64,000 nucleotides of DNA from an uncultured Alphaproteobacteria bacterium (GCA_963774685.1 CAVZFU010000005.1:1081538-1145537); one strand, 5' to 3'; shown: positions 40,276 to 51,646, numbered from the stretch's first letter. Numbers and translations are program-made. Notes: generated by a model from the sequence alone, not told the origin.

Positions 40276-41973
40276 ATGCCCGCATCACAACATCAGTCAC
40301 CGAAGTCCGACATCGAAATCTCGCAGTCCGCCCCGAAGCGGCGAATCGCGGATATCGCCAGCGAAAAGCTTGGCATTGCGGTGGAAAACCTCGAGCCCTA
40401 CGGCCACTACAAGGCCAAGATGTCGATGGACTACATCAAGTCGCTCAAGGACAAGCCGAGCGGCAAGCTGATCCTGGTGACGGCCATCAGCCCGACCCCG
40501 GCCGGTGAGGGCAAGACCACCACCACGGTAGGCCTCACCGACGCGCTCAACCATATCGGCAAGAAGGCGATGCTCTGCCTGCGCGAACCCTCGCTCGGTC
40601 CGTCCTTTGGCATGAAGGGAGGTGCCGCCGGCGGTGGTTATGCCCAGGTGATTCCCATGGAGGATATCAACCTCCACTTCACCGGCGACTTTCACGCCAT
40701 TACCTCGGCCCATAATCTGTTGTCCGCGCTGATCGACAATCACATCCACTGGGGAAATGCGCTCGGCATCGACAGCCGCCGGGTGGCCTGGCGCCGCGTC
40801 ATCGACATGAACGATCGCGCCCTGCGCGAGATCCTCTGTTCGCTCGGCGGCCCCGCCAACGGCTTTCCGCGCGAGGCTGGCTTCGACATCACCGTCGCGT
40901 CCGAGGTCATGGCGATCTTCTGTCTCGCCAGGGACCTTGATGACCTGAGGGAGCGGCTCGGCAACGTCATCATCGCCTATACCCGCGAGCGCAAGCCGAT
41001 CCGCGGCAAGGACATCAAGGCGCATGGCGCCATGACCGCGCTGCTGAAGGATGCGATCGCACCCAACCTCGTGCAGACGCTGGAAGGCACGCCCGCCTTC
41101 ATCCACGGCGGTCCGTTCGCCAACATCGCCCATGGCTGCAACTCGGTGGTCGCTACCTCGACGGCGCTGAAACTTGCCGACTATGTGGTCACGGAAGCCG
41201 GCTTCGGCGCCGACCTCGGCGCGGAGAAGTTCATCGACATCAAGTGCCGCAAGGCCGGTCTGGAGCCGTCCTGCGTGGTGATCGTCGCCACCATCCGCGC
41301 GCTCAAGATGCATGGCGGCGTCAAAAAGGAAGAACTCAAGAAGGAAGACCTCAAGGCGCTGGAAGCCGGCATGGCCAACCTGCGCCGCCATGTCGAGAAC
41401 ATAAAGAAATTCGGTCTGCCGGCGGTGATCTCGATCAACCGCTTCTCAGCCGACACCGACGCCGAGATCGCGCTGGTCAAGGAAAAGTGCAACGCGCTCG
41501 GCGTCGAAGCGGTGATGGCCGATCATTGGGCCCTGGGCGGCGAGGGCGCCGCTGACGTCGCCAGGGCGGTGGTCAAGACCATCGACGCCGGCGGCGGCAA
41601 GCTCAAGTTTCTCTACCCGGACGAGATGCCGCTGTTCGAGAAGATCGAAACCATCGCGCGCGAGATCTACCGCGCCAAGGAAGTCACCGCCGAGAGGTCG
41701 GTCAAGGATCAGCTCAAAACCTGGGAAGAGATGGGCTTCGGCAAGCTGCCGGTCTGCATCGCCAAGACCCAATACAGCTTCTCGACCAATCCGGACGCCA
41801 AGGGCGCACCGGTCGATCATATCATCAATGTGCGGGAGGTGCGGCTTTCGGCGGGTGCGGAATTCGTGGTGGCGGTATGCGGCGAGATCATGACCATGCC
41901 GGGCCTGCCCAAGCTGCCGGCCGCCGACTCAATCGACGTCGGCGCCGACGGCCGGATCGTCGGTCTGTTCTAG
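40276..41973 (+). CDS. fhs: Formate--tetrahydrofolate ligase
   Basis: [48 protein letters not shown]. Confidence 0.97.
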   Translation: MPASQHQSPKSDIEISQSAPKRRIADIASEKLGIAVENLEPYGHYKAKMSMDYIKSLKDKPSGKLILVTAISPTPAGEGKTTTTVGLTDALNHIGKKAMLCLREPSLGPSFGMKGGAAGGGYAQVIPMEDINLHFTGDFHAITSAHNLLSALIDNHIHWGNALGIDSRRVAWRRVIDMNDRALREILCSLGGPANGFPREAGFDITVASEVMAIFCLARDLDDLRERLGNVIIAYTRERKPIRGKDIKAHGAMTALLKDAIAPNLVQTLEGTPAFIHGGPFANIAHGCNSVVATSTALKLADYVVTEAGFGADLGAEKFIDIKCRKAGLEPSCVVIVATIRALKMHGGVKKEELKKEDLKALEAGMANLRRHVENIKKFGLPAVISINRFSADTDAEIALVKEKCNALGVEAVMADHWALGGEGAADVARAVVKTIDAGGGKLKFLYPDEMPLFEKIETIAREIYRAKEVTAERSVKDQLKTWEEMGFGKLPVCIAKTQYSFSTNPDAKGAPVDHIINVREVRLSAGAEFVVAVCGEIMTMPGLPKLPAADSIDVGADGRIVGLF

Positions 41974-42080
41974 CTCTTAACAACAGGCCAAAATCAGCGG
42001 GTTATCTGAATTGAAGATGCAGCTTTTCCGCTGCCCATGGTGGCGCTCCGCGAAGCGCCAAGGTCAAGTTTGCAGCCGAG

Positions 42081-42989
42081 CTATTTCGCGTCGGCCAGAG
42101 CGCCCAGGGCGGCCATCTTAGTCGAAACCTTTATCTGCTGCTGCCATCGTTCGCAGGATCCGATCGTGTTGTACAGCAGCATCGATACCGTCATGGGGCC
42201 AACTCCGCCCGGCACCGGCGTGATGTAGGACGCCTTTGCCGCGACGCCTTCGAAGTCGACGTCGCCAACCAGGGTGCCGTCCGCCAGGCGATTGATGCCG
42301 ACATCGATAACCACAGCACCGGTGCGCACCATCTCGGGACTTATTAGTCTCGGCTTGCCAGCTGCCACGATCAGGATGTCGGCCAGGATGGTGAATTGCG
42401 CCAGATCCCGGGTCTTGGCGTGACAGATGCTGACGGTCGCCTCATGCTGCATCAGCATCAGCGCCATCGGCTTGCCGACGATGTTGCTGGCGCCGACCAC
42501 GACGACATTTCTGCCCTCGATCGGGATCCTTGCGTGTTCGAGCAGTTTCACCACGCCGAACGGGGTGCAGGGCGGAAACACCGTTCCGCCCGCCACCAGG
42601 CCGCCTACATTGTAGAGATGAAACCCATCGACATCCTTCTCGACCGAAATCGTGTGGAGTATTCGGGCAAGATCGAACGAGGCCGGCAGCGGCAGTTGGA
42701 CGAGAATGCCGTGAATAGACGGGTCCTGGTTGAGATCCTCGATCGTGTCGACGACGACTTGCTGGGACACGTCGAGCGGGAAACGGATCTCGCGCGAACG
42801 GATTCCAACGTCGTTGCAGGCGCGAATCTTGTTCCGTACATAAAGCTCCGAAGCGGGATCCGATCCGACGAGCACCACGGCGAGGCCTGGCGGCGTCCCG
42901 CCACGGGCGACAATGCGATCCACGCGCTCGCGGCATTCGCCGCGAATCTCGGCAGCGACGGCCTTACCATCGATAATGATTGCGGTCAC
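42081..42989 (-). CDS. folD: Methylene-THF dehydrogenase / cyclohydrolase (GTG start)
   Basis: IIDGK, GILVQLPLP, KDVDGFH, PCTP, SNIVGKP, GDVD, TPVPGGVGPMT. Confidence 0.96.
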   Translation of the reverse strand: MTAIIIDGKAVAAEIRGECRERVDRIVARGGTPPGLAVVLVGSDPASELYVRNKIRACNDVGIRSREIRFPLDVSQQVVVDTIEDLNQDPSIHGILVQLPLPASFDLARILHTISVEKDVDGFHLYNVGGLVAGGTVFPPCTPFGVVKLLEHARIPIEGRNVVVVGASNIVGKPMALMLMQHEATVSICHAKTRDLAQFTILADILIVAAGKPRLISPEMVRTGAVVIDVGINRLADGTLVGDVDFEGVAAKASYITPVPGGVGPMTVSMLLYNTIGSCERWQQQIKVSTKMAALGALADAK

Positions 42990-43059
42990 AGAAAAATCTT
43001 TCCGTTGGTTCGATTGCGGGTTTCAGAGTGCTGAAGCTTTTGATGCCGATCGTGGCCTG

Positions 43060-43944
43060 TCATTCCTTACTGACGCGCTTCGAGTAGGCTTCGATGAAGT
43101 CGGCAGCCGCCTTGCTGCCGCGGACGAAGGACTTCATCGCTTCCTCGTGCAGAAGTCCCAGTGCCTGCATCTTGATGGCATTGGCCTCATCGCTTTCCGT
43201 GATGTTTTCGACGTTGCGAGGTCGCGGCAGACTGACGTCGATGGAGGCGCGCACCTCGGTCGGGATGTTGGTCATGATCAGGATGCGATCGGCGAGATAG
43301 ATGGCCTCGTCGATATCCGTCGTCACGAAGAACGTCGTGCGCTGAAACTCGCTATAGAGATTGGCATAATATTCCTGCATCAGACGTTTCGTCATGGCGT
43401 CGAGCCCGCGAAATGGCTCGTCGAGGATCATGACGTTCGGCTCGTTGATCATGGCGCGGGCGAGCTCCGCACGCCGCTGCATGCCGCCGGAGAGCTGGGA
43501 CGGGTACTTCTTGCGGAACGCCCCGAGTCCCACTTTCTGCAGCAACATCTCTGCAAGATCGCGGGTCTCCGGGGTGTCCTGGCCGCGGGCGCGCGGGCCG
43601 TACATGATGTTGTCGTAAGTCGACATCCACGGAAAAAGTGCGGTTTCCTGGAACACGACCAGGCGATCGACGCCGGGTCCGGTCATCGGCTTGCCGTCGA
43701 CGGTAATGGTACCGCTGCTGGGACGTTCGAAGCCAGCCAGCAGCCGGATCAACGTGCTCTTGCCGCAGCCGGACGGGCCGATCATCACCGTCAGTTTGCC
43801 CCGCTCCAGCGTGAAGCTGCAGTTGTGGATGACCTGCTTGCCGAAATGCTCGGTGCCGTAGGATTTGCTGACGTTCCGGACGCTGATTTCGCTCCCGAGC
43901 GAAGCTCCACCGTTGGCCGCGAGAATGGGTGTCATTTGCTGCAT
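43060..43944 (-). CDS. ABC ATP-binding subunit (second; nitrate/sulfonate type)
   Basis: GPSGCGKST, LSGGMQRR, ILDEPF; switch reads VTTDIDEA (T in place of the usual H). Confidence 0.9.
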   Translation of the reverse strand: MQQMTPILAANGGASLGSEISVRNVSKSYGTEHFGKQVIHNCSFTLERGKLTVMIGPSGCGKSTLIRLLAGFERPSSGTITVDGKPMTGPGVDRLVVFQETALFPWMSTYDNIMYGPRARGQDTPETRDLAEMLLQKVGLGAFRKKYPSQLSGGMQRRAELARAMINEPNVMILDEPFRGLDAMTKRLMQEYYANLYSEFQRTTFFVTTDIDEAIYLADRILIMTNIPTEVRASIDVSLPRPRNVENITESDEANAIKMQALGLLHEEAMKSFVRGSKAAADFIEAYSKRVSKE

Positions 43945-43964
43945 TGTCCGGTTCCGACCGTCCT

Positions 43965-44786
43965 TCAGTCTTCGTTGAGCCAGGGCGTCATCCATTTGCC
44001 CAGCTTTCGCAGCGCCGCGCTGGAAATGTAGCCGGCAACGCCGATGCTGATCATGCCGGCGACGATTTGGGTGTATGATCCGCCCACGTAGGAATTCCAG
44101 ATAAAGAAGCCGAGCCCGCCGCCGGCGCCGCTGCCGCCGCCGGAAATCATTTCGGCGGCGACCACCACGGCCCAGGTGATGCCGACGCCGACCGTGGCGC
44201 CGACGGCCATCGACGGCAGGGTTGCCGGCAGAATGATGCGCCGGAAAATGTCCCAGGTGGATGAGCCCATCGAGCGAGCCGCCTGGAAATAGCGCACGTC
44301 AATCGCCTGGGCACCGCCGATCACATTGATGACGATGGTGAAGAACGCCCCGAGGAACGTCACGAACGCGATTGAGAGTTCCTGGGTAGGCCAGAAAATG
44401 ATCGACGCGGGAACCCAGGCCAGCGGCGGGATCGGTCGCAGCACCTCGAAAACCGGAAACGTGATTCCATAGAAGGTTCTGCTGACGGCCATGGCGAGGC
44501 CGAGCGGTATGCCGATCACCATCGCGGCGAAAAACCCTTCGAATACCCGCAAGGTGCTGAGAAGCGCGCTCTGCCAGAAGCTGGCTTCGTGAAACAGCGT
44601 GAACAGCTCCCGCATCACCGCGACCGGCGGCGGTATCTGGGAGATCCAGGGCAACGCAAACCCGAACCAGCTCAGCGAGCGCGATCCGGTTTCCCAGAAC
44701 ATCAGAAAAGCCAGGATCGCGACGATACCTCGCCAGAAATCCTCGCCGGTCACGAATCCGCCCGCCTTCAGGGACCAATTCATCAT
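43965..44786 (-). CDS. ABC permease (MsmH-like)
   Basis: LRPIPPLAWVP, AARSMG, VVAAEM. Confidence 0.88.
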   Translation of the reverse strand: MMNWSLKAGGFVTGEDFWRGIVAILAFLMFWETGSRSLSWFGFALPWISQIPPPVAVMRELFTLFHEASFWQSALLSTLRVFEGFFAAMVIGIPLGLAMAVSRTFYGITFPVFEVLRPIPPLAWVPASIIFWPTQELSIAFVTFLGAFFTIVINVIGGAQAIDVRYFQAARSMGSSTWDIFRRIILPATLPSMAVGATVGVGITWAVVVAAEMISGGGSGAGGGLGFFIWNSYVGGSYTQIVAGMISIGVAGYISSAALRKLGKWMTPWLNED

Positions 44787-45682
44787 CAGCGCTCCTTCTC
44801 GCCGGCGGCAAACGCCTTGATCGCTTCTTCGTGGACCGCGGCCGCGGTTTCGTCCATGAACTCGCGGAACCGCTTTGTCGTCAGCACCCCATAGTCCCGC
44901 GGATGCGGAATATCGATGTCGAGTATCTTCTTCGGCCGGCAGGGCCGGCTCGTCATGATCACGACGCGGTGGCCGAGAAAGATCGCTTCTTCCAGGTCGT
45001 GCGTAATGAAGAAGATGGTGACGCGATTCTTGTAGAAGATCTCGAGCAGGGCCTCGTGCATCACCGACTTGGTGAGCGAATCAAGCGCGCGATAGGGTTC
45101 GTCGAGCAACAACACCTTGGGGTCCGTCATCAGCGCGCGTACGATCTCGACCCGGCGGCGAACGCCGGACGAAGTTTCGCCGGGATAATCGCTTTCGATG
45201 TCGCGCAGCCCGGCATCCGCCATCATGTAACGGGCCTTATCGTATGCTTCGGCCTTGGTCATGGTTCCCTGCATGATCGGTCCGAAGGCCACGTTTTCGA
45301 TATTGGTCTTCCACGGAAACAGCGCGCCGTTCTGGAAGACAACGATCCGATCCGGGCCGGGCTCGGCCTGGAGCTTGCCGGGGCCGCACAGCATCTGGTC
45401 GTCGAGATAAATGCTGCCGGACGACAGGCTGTGAAAACCGGCGATGGCATTGAGAAGTGTCGTTTTGCCGCAACCGGAGGGGCCGACCACGACGGTGATT
45501 TCCCCGGGCGGGACGTCGAATGTGCAGTGGTCGACCGCCAGAATGCCGCCGCCTTGCGTGCCGTAGGTCTTGACCGCGTCGACGATGCGAACGCCGCCTT
45601 TGCGCACGATCTCGGGATGTGTCGCAGGCCATGGGCCTTGCGCCGGGGAGGCGCCCGGGGGTGCCGATGGCTGGATGTTCAT
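44786..45682 (-). CDS. ABC ATP-binding subunit (MsmG-like)
   Basis: GPSGCGKTT; signature TSSGVRRR; LLDEPY; ITHDLEEA. Confidence 0.88.
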   Translation of the reverse strand: MNIQPSAPPGASPAQGPWPATHPEIVRKGGVRIVDAVKTYGTQGGGILAVDHCTFDVPPGEITVVVGPSGCGKTTLLNAIAGFHSLSSGSIYLDDQMLCGPGKLQAEPGPDRIVVFQNGALFPWKTNIENVAFGPIMQGTMTKAEAYDKARYMMADAGLRDIESDYPGETSSGVRRRVEIVRALMTDPKVLLLDEPYRALDSLTKSVMHEALLEIFYKNRVTIFFITHDLEEAIFLGHRVVIMTSRPCRPKKILDIDIPHPRDYGVLTTKRFREFMDETAAAVHEEAIKAFAAGEKER

Positions 45683-46596
45683 CTGTCTGCTCCGAGCGCG
45701 AGTTCTCGGGTGCGCCATTGCATCATGTAGTCGCCGAGCATGCGGATCGCGGCACTGGTGAGGTATCCGACGAGTCCAAGCGTTGCCATCGCGATGACGA
45801 TCGTCGGATAGCGAACCATCGTGTAGGAGGTGTTGATGAGGTAGCCCAAGCCGTACTGCCCGGAGACCATTTCACCGGCGACGAGCGAGAACCACGCCAC
45901 GCCGATTGAAATCTGCAACCCGGTGAAAATGAACGGCAACGCCGCCGGCACGATGACTTGGCGGAAGACCTGCCAGCGGTTGGCGCCGAGACAGCTTGCC
46001 GCCCGAATATAGGACACGTCGATGGATTCGACGCCGAGCATGGTGTTGAGCGCGGTCGCGTAGAACGATGCCAGGAAGGTCAGGAAAATGACCGGCGTTT
46101 CGGATCCCTGGAACATGACGATCGCGAGCGGCACCCATGCCAGCGGCGGCACCGGCCGCAGCAATTCGAAAACCGGAAAGACATACTGCTTGAACCGTTG
46201 CGACCAGCCGAGAAACAGCCCGAGCGGGACGCCGATCGCGGTGGCGAGAAAGAACGCTATCGCAATGCGCCGCGTGCTCACCCAGATGTGGAGGTAGTAT
46301 TCGGGGGTGAAGACCGACAGGCCGTAGACCGGATTCCGGCTGAACCATTCACGCAGGACCGCGGTCGGTCCGGGCATCTCGGCGAAGCGAGGCAGCTTCC
46401 ACACTTCCACGGCGAAGTACCAGAAGCCGAGAAACAGAGTGAATCCGATCAGCATCAGGTACGGCCGCGGGCTTCGCAGCCAAAGCGACAAGCGATACAT
46501 CGCGACCGCCAGTGGCGTCTGCTTGCGCGAAGGATGGCTGCCCGTTGCCGGCCCCGCGTTAAGTCCTGGAATGTCAGACGCCGCTGTTTCGCTCAT
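45679..46596 (-). CDS. ABC permease (MsmF-like)
   Basis: LRPVPPLAWVP, AASCLGA, LVAGEM. Confidence 0.88.
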   Translation of the reverse strand: MSETAASDIPGLNAGPATGSHPSRKQTPLAVAMYRLSLWLRSPRPYLMLIGFTLFLGFWYFAVEVWKLPRFAEMPGPTAVLREWFSRNPVYGLSVFTPEYYLHIWVSTRRIAIAFFLATAIGVPLGLFLGWSQRFKQYVFPVFELLRPVPPLAWVPLAIVMFQGSETPVIFLTFLASFYATALNTMLGVESIDVSYIRAASCLGANRWQVFRQVIVPAALPFIFTGLQISIGVAWFSLVAGEMVSGQYGLGYLINTSYTMVRYPTIVIAMATLGLVGYLTSAAIRMLGDYMMQWRTRELALGADR

Positions 46597-46670
46597 ATAG
46601 CTTGTCCTGCTGTAACTAGCCTTGGTCGTGTCCGCTCCGGTTCAGGAGGCTCGCAGAGAACTTGATCTGG

Positions 46671-46728
46671 CGTTTGCCGGGCGGGCGCTTTCTGTCGCGG
46701 CGGATTCCAGCAACCCGCCCGGCAAACG
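46671..46728. other. Intercistronic stem-loop after the binding-protein gene
   Basis: CGTTTGCCGGGCGGG ... CCCGCCCGGCAAACG, a 15-bp perfect inverted repeat. Confidence 0.7.
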
Positions 46729-46732
46729 ACGT

Positions 46733-47911
46733 TCATTTGTCGGTGTACATCTCAACCGGAAGCGCCTTGACCTGCCCCACCGGAGCTTTCAGGCCATGCG
46801 CCTTGAGAATTTCGTCGGTAAATTGCGGTACGACCGCTTCGGGCCGGATTTCCGCCTGGATGCTCTTGATTTCGACCAGGAATTTGGAGGCCTTTTGAAT
46901 CAGCTCATTCGCCTCAGGGGTAAATCCGTAAGGCAGCGTGATACGGATATCGGTGCCGCCCTCGGATGCCGGCGTCTGCCCGAATGCCGACGACCACAGC
47001 GCCTTCTCGGTGAAGCCGGTGGTCTGGCTGGTGGCCATCCTTGCGACATCCATCGCATTCTTGGGATCGACGAAATACTGAGCGGCATCGAGCTCGGCCT
47101 CAAGCCACGCCTTGACGACGTCGGGCCGCTGCTCGATCAGGGCTTGCGGCATCACCATGAAGCCTCCATCGCGCTCGTTGACCGAGACGCCGGACGCAAC
47201 CCTGCGTGCAAGCCCCTCCTGAACGAGGCGCGACGCCGTCGGCTCCCAGATTACGGCGGCGTCCAGTTTGCCGGCGCGCAAGCCGCTGGTGATGACCTCG
47301 ATGCTTTGATTGAGGTATTCCGATGGCGTGATTCCGCGTTCCTTGAACACGGCCTGTGCGAACCGGTCGGTGCAGCTTCCTTTCGGAACCGCGACAATCT
47401 TGCCGTTCAGCCACTTCAACGCTTCATCGGGTGTCTTGAACTGCGGCGCGTCGGGGCGGGTCAGAAAGATATTGCATTGGTCGAAGCCGAGGCCGAGCAC
47501 GGAGACGATGCGGACGTCACGGACTTCCGGATGGCTGGTGGAAACAATCCCGGGCATGTCGCCGACGTAGCCAACGTCGACCTTTCCGGCGAGCATTCCG
47601 TTGACGATAATCGCGCCCTGCAGGCCGATCTGGAAGCTGACATTAGAGCCCTTGGGCAAGTATTTCTCATAGAACTTCTTGTCCCGCATGATCATGCCGG
47701 TCCATGATTCCGTGTAATACGGCTGGTAGCCGATCACGAGTTCGATCGGTTCCCCCGGTTTGCCGTATGCCTTTGACGCGGCCGCGTTAGCGGGCCCGGT
47801 GCCGGCGACAAGCGCCCCGATTGACCACAAACCGGCCAGCAAAAGGCCGAGTGCCCATCCTGATGTCGCAGAGCGCGCGGCGCGTGCGGCTCCCTGGTGC
47901 TTATGTTGCAT
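46733..47911 (-). CDS. ABC substrate-binding protein (MsmE/SsuA-like)
   Basis: Signal peptide; IGYQPY; GKVDVGYVGDMP; GKIVAVPKGS; AAVIWEP. Confidence 0.85.
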   Translation of the reverse strand: MQHKHQGAARAARSATSGWALGLLLAGLWSIGALVAGTGPANAAASKAYGKPGEPIELVIGYQPYYTESWTGMIMRDKKFYEKYLPKGSNVSFQIGLQGAIIVNGMLAGKVDVGYVGDMPGIVSTSHPEVRDVRIVSVLGLGFDQCNIFLTRPDAPQFKTPDEALKWLNGKIVAVPKGSCTDRFAQAVFKERGITPSEYLNQSIEVITSGLRAGKLDAAVIWEPTASRLVQEGLARRVASGVSVNERDGGFMVMPQALIEQRPDVVKAWLEAELDAAQYFVDPKNAMDVARMATSQTTGFTEKALWSSAFGQTPASEGGTDIRITLPYGFTPEANELIQKASKFLVEIKSIQAEIRPEAVVPQFTDEILKAHGLKAPVGQVKALPVEMYTDK

Positions 47912-48094
47912 TGCAAACTCCCCCTGGGTCTTTTGTGTTAAGTGTTGAAACTCTTTGGTTTCTTCGATTGTATCAGTTTGGTTGTTTGTATTTATCCAAT
48001 GCCTTACGTGTCTTGCTCTCGCTCCAAGTTCCAAACCGATCACAGCATGCCAGCACGGCTCATTTGGGAGAAAATCGTTCCTCCAAATGACTCG

Positions 48095-48109
48095 ATAGAG
48101 CAAACCTAT
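48095..48109. promoter_or_regulatory. Perfect LysR-type box between the divergent ABC and msm operons
   Basis: ATAG-AGCAAAC-CTAT (T-N11-A dyad). Confidence 0.6.
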
Positions 48110-48292
48110 GTTTTGGATTTGCGCAAGAGTTTGGTTCAGCCGATGCGTTCGGAATGCGTCCAAACGCGCCTGATCCGAGTTGCCTCCAAAGCTTCAGTCT
48201 ATTGTTAGATAACGAGTTTCGATTGCAGCCTATCTAGCGTTGATGACGCCACGGCTCGTATTGTACGGGTCGTAAGGTCAGCAGAACCTTCA

Positions 48293-49564
48293 ATGATTAC
48301 AGGAGCGAGCGCTGTGGCAGCGAAAAATCATGCGCAATGGCTTTCGGAACCCAATTTGCAGCAGAATGAATGGGTCGATAGCCGGATCTACTCCGACCCG
48401 CAGATCTTCGAAGAAGAAATCGAGAAGATCTTTTCCAAGACCTGGGTTCCCGTCTGTCACGAATCCGAACTGCCGAACGCATACGACTTCCGAACCATGT
48501 CGATCGCGCGCGAACCGGTGATCGTGTGTCGTGGTCCCGACAACGAGGTTCGTGCGTTCCTCAACGTCTGCCCGCATCGCGGCATGATCATCGAGCGCCG
48601 GCCGTCGGGCAGCTTTCTCGAAGGCCAGCCGTCGGGAAATCCGAAGCGGATGACCTGCATGTTCCATGCGTGGCAATACGATATGCGCGGCAATTGCGTC
48701 TATATCAGCCGCGAGAAGGAGGGTTTCCAGGATCGGCTTTGCAAGGAAGACGTCGGGCTGCGCCGGCTGCGCTGCGAGGTGAAGTTCGGCGGCTTCGTCT
48801 GGGTCAACCTGGACGACAATCCGAAGGTGTCGCTGGAGGACTGGGCGGCGCCCGCCTTTAACTGCCTGCGCAAGACGCTCGACGCCGAGCCGATGGAGGT
48901 TTTTCACTATCACAAGGCGATCGTGAACGCGAACTACAAGCTGTGGCATGACACCAACTGTGAATTCTATCACGACTTCATGCACTACCATAACCGCGTC
49001 ACCGGCTTTAACGACGCGTACTTCGCGCGCAAGAACGAATCGTTCGAGCACGGCCACATCGTCGTCGGCACGTTTGAGGTCAATTACGAGAAATACGAAG
49101 GCTTCGACAGCCGCGCGGCGCTCTCGTTCCCGCATCTGCCGCCGAACCAGTGGTACATGATCGATCTGTTCCCAGGCATGAACTTCAATCTGCGCGGTTC
49201 GGCGCTACGTTGCGACATCGTGACGCCGCTCGGTCCGGACAAGATGATGATCGAATTCCGCGGCCTCGGGCTGAAGCGCGATACGCCGGAAGAGCGGCAG
49301 ACCCGCATCAACCACCACAATTCGATCTGGGGTCCGTTCGGCCGCAATCTGCACGAAGATCTGATCGGCGTGCAGGGGCAGGGCACCACGATGCAGACCG
49401 GGTCGGAGCCGCGGAGAATTCTTCACGGCCGTCATGAGAACCAGACCATTCATGACGAGAACGGCATGCGGCACTATTACGAAGAGTGGGGCCGCTGGAT
49501 GAACAGAATGCCCAACCATCCCGACCAGTCGTACTCCGGGGCCGCTTCGATTGCCGCGGAGTAG
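48293..49564 (+). CDS. msmA: Methanesulfonate monooxygenase hydroxylase alpha subunit
   Basis: Rieske motif CPH-X26-CMFH; the 26-residue spacer is the described hallmark of MsmA. Also NYKLWHDTNCEFYHDFMH (mononuclear Fe ligands). The start could be GTG at 48314. Confidence 0.9.
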   Translation: MITGASAVAAKNHAQWLSEPNLQQNEWVDSRIYSDPQIFEEEIEKIFSKTWVPVCHESELPNAYDFRTMSIAREPVIVCRGPDNEVRAFLNVCPHRGMIIERRPSGSFLEGQPSGNPKRMTCMFHAWQYDMRGNCVYISREKEGFQDRLCKEDVGLRRLRCEVKFGGFVWVNLDDNPKVSLEDWAAPAFNCLRKTLDAEPMEVFHYHKAIVNANYKLWHDTNCEFYHDFMHYHNRVTGFNDAYFARKNESFEHGHIVVGTFEVNYEKYEGFDSRAALSFPHLPPNQWYMIDLFPGMNFNLRGSALRCDIVTPLGPDKMMIEFRGLGLKRDTPEERQTRINHHNSIWGPFGRNLHEDLIGVQGQGTTMQTGSEPRRILHGRHENQTIHDENGMRHYYEEWGRWMNRMPNHPDQSYSGAASIAAE

Positions 49565-49679
49565 CCGATGTGTCCCCGGCCGGGCGAGGCACGGCCGGGT
49601 TTCATGATCTGCCAGCGCGTCGCTCGTCTGCGCGGTGACGCCGGTTGCCCGGCCTCTGACGACCAAATGGGGATTAGCT

Positions 49680-50160
49680 GTGGACGTCTACGCTCTCGTT
49701 CGTGACACTGTTTACCGGTCGACCATTCTGCTCGATCAGCAGGACTGGAACGGCTGGCTGGCGCATTGCGACGACCAGTTTCAGTATGCCATCCGTGCAT
49801 GGAGTCCGGAAATCAACAAGGACGTGACGTATCTCTCGCATGACCTGAAAGGTCTCGCGAGCATGGTCAAGCTATTGCCCAAGCATAATACCGATCATTC
49901 GCCGCTGACCCGGCATACGTCGCTCTATACCGTCGATGTCGATGAATCGACGCGCTCGGCCAGGTCGGTCAGTTCGGTCATCGTCTATCAAAACCTTCTC
50001 GACGGTATCAATTCCCACGTCGATGCCGGCGAGAGCCGCTTGTTCCTGGTGGGCAAATACATCGACACCTTCAGGATCGAGTAACAAGGCGACCTTTCTG
50101 AGCCGGGAGGTGCGGATCGAGAATCGTCGGCTGGACAAGGGCTCGCACTGGCCGATTTGA
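49680..50160 (+). CDS. msmB: Methanesulfonate monooxygenase beta subunit (apparent +1 frameshift at 50082)
   Basis: Ring-hydroxylating beta-subunit-like; frame 1 ends YIDTFRIE* and the next frame continues NKATFLSREVRIENRRLDKGSHWPI*. Confidence 0.8.
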
Positions 50161-50217
50161 TAGCGCTTGCGCGAACGCGCTGGCTTCGCGGAAGGCAACG
50201 GTGAAAGAAGTCGAGAA

Positions 50218-50580
50218 ATGACCTGGAAGCGCATATGCGGGTTGAGCGATGTCGCCGAGAACACCGTTAGGAAATTCGACATCGAGGGCATCCCGATCCT
50301 GCTGGTCAATTACGGCGGCGGCTACCGCGCCATCCCGCCGATTTGCCCGCACATGGAAGAACCGCTGGAGGAATCCGGCGTCGTCGTGCGCTGCATCCTG
50401 ACTTGCACCAAACATCTGTGGGCCTGGAAACTCGACACGCTCGAAATGCAGGGAGAGACCGAAAAACCGCTCAAGATCTATGAGACCAAACAGGAAGATG
50501 GTTCGATTCTCGTCAATGTCGAACAGGAACTGGTCTATGAATTCGACGAAGCCGCCGACGACGACGACTTTTTCAAATAG
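50218..50580 (+). CDS. msmC: Rieske ferredoxin
   Basis: CPHMEEPL...CTKH; acidic C-terminus. Confidence 0.85.
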   Translation: MTWKRICGLSDVAENTVRKFDIEGIPILLVNYGGGYRAIPPICPHMEEPLEESGVVVRCILTCTKHLWAWKLDTLEMQGETEKPLKIYETKQEDGSILVNVEQELVYEFDEAADDDDFFK

Positions 50581-50593
50581 CCGCGTCAACTCG

Positions 50594-51626
50594 ATGAAGA
50601 TTGCAGTTCAAAGCAGGAGCGGCGAAACCGCCTTCGAATGCGGAGATGGCGAAGCCATTCTGCACGCGGGATTGCGGCAAGGCATCAGCCTTCCCTATGA
50701 ATGCGCCACCGGTAGCTGCGGGACCTGCCGCGCCCGCGTGGTGAGTGGTGACGTCGACGTGCGCTGGAAGGAAGCGCCCGGTAGCGCACGGCTCAAGCCG
50801 GAAAAAGGCGACATCTTGATGTGCCAGACCAGGGCGCGATCGGATTGCGTCCTCAAGATTCCTTCGGATATCGGGATCGTGGAACAGCGTCCGGCGCCGC
50901 GCCGCGGCGTCATTTGCAATATTCAAAGATTGACCAGGGACGTGGCCCGGTTCGATATCCGTCTTTCGTCGCCGATGCGTTTTGAGGCCGGGCAGTTTGT
51001 CGTTGTCGACTCTTCCCGACCTCGCGGGCGCGCGCGCCTACTCGATGGTCAACTTCGATACCGAGGTAGATCTGATCGAACTGGTCCTCAAACGCAAGCC
51101 CGGCGGGCGATTTAGCGATTGGCTGTTCAGCGCCGGGCAGGAAGATCCGGAAGTCGCGGTATTCGGTCCGCTCGGCCGCGCCGTGTTTCGCCCGCACGAG
51201 GACAAGAACATCCTGTGCATCGCCGGCGGCTCGGGAATCGCCGGAATCATGTCGATCCTCGAATGCGCGGTTCAGGTCGATTACTTTCGCGATCACAAAG
51301 GCTCGGTGTTCTTCGGCGTGCGGACGCTGCAGGATGCCTTCTATCTGGAGGCATTCACCCGGTATGTCGCCTCATCGCACGGCAATCTCGAGGTCACGAT
51401 CGCTTTGTCCGATGAAGCCGCGACGGCCGGCTTTCATGCCGATTACCCGCTGCTGCGGCTCGCAGACGGCTTCGTTCACGAGGTCGCGGGTAAGGCGATG
51501 GCCGGCGAGGCCGGGGACGCGATCGCCTATGTGGCAGGGCCGCCGGTCATGGTGGACAGCGCCATTCGCGGGCTGATTATGTGCGGCATGCCCAGTCGGG
51601 ACATTCGATATGACAAGTTCGGTTAA
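50594..51626 (+). CDS. msmD: Oxygenase reductase, 2Fe-2S/FAD/NAD (apparent +1 frameshift near 51008)
   Basis: CATGSCGTC...C, RAYSM, GPLG, IAGGSGIAG, YVAGPPVMV, YDKF. Confidence 0.85.
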
Positions 51627-51646
51627 GACGCTCGCAAGGCCTGCGA

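Noticed and set aside
48293-51626. Aromatic ring-hydroxylating dioxygenase
   Set aside because: The 26-residue Rieske spacer and the sulfonate-type ABC, TauE and C1 context point to methanesulfonate monooxygenase.
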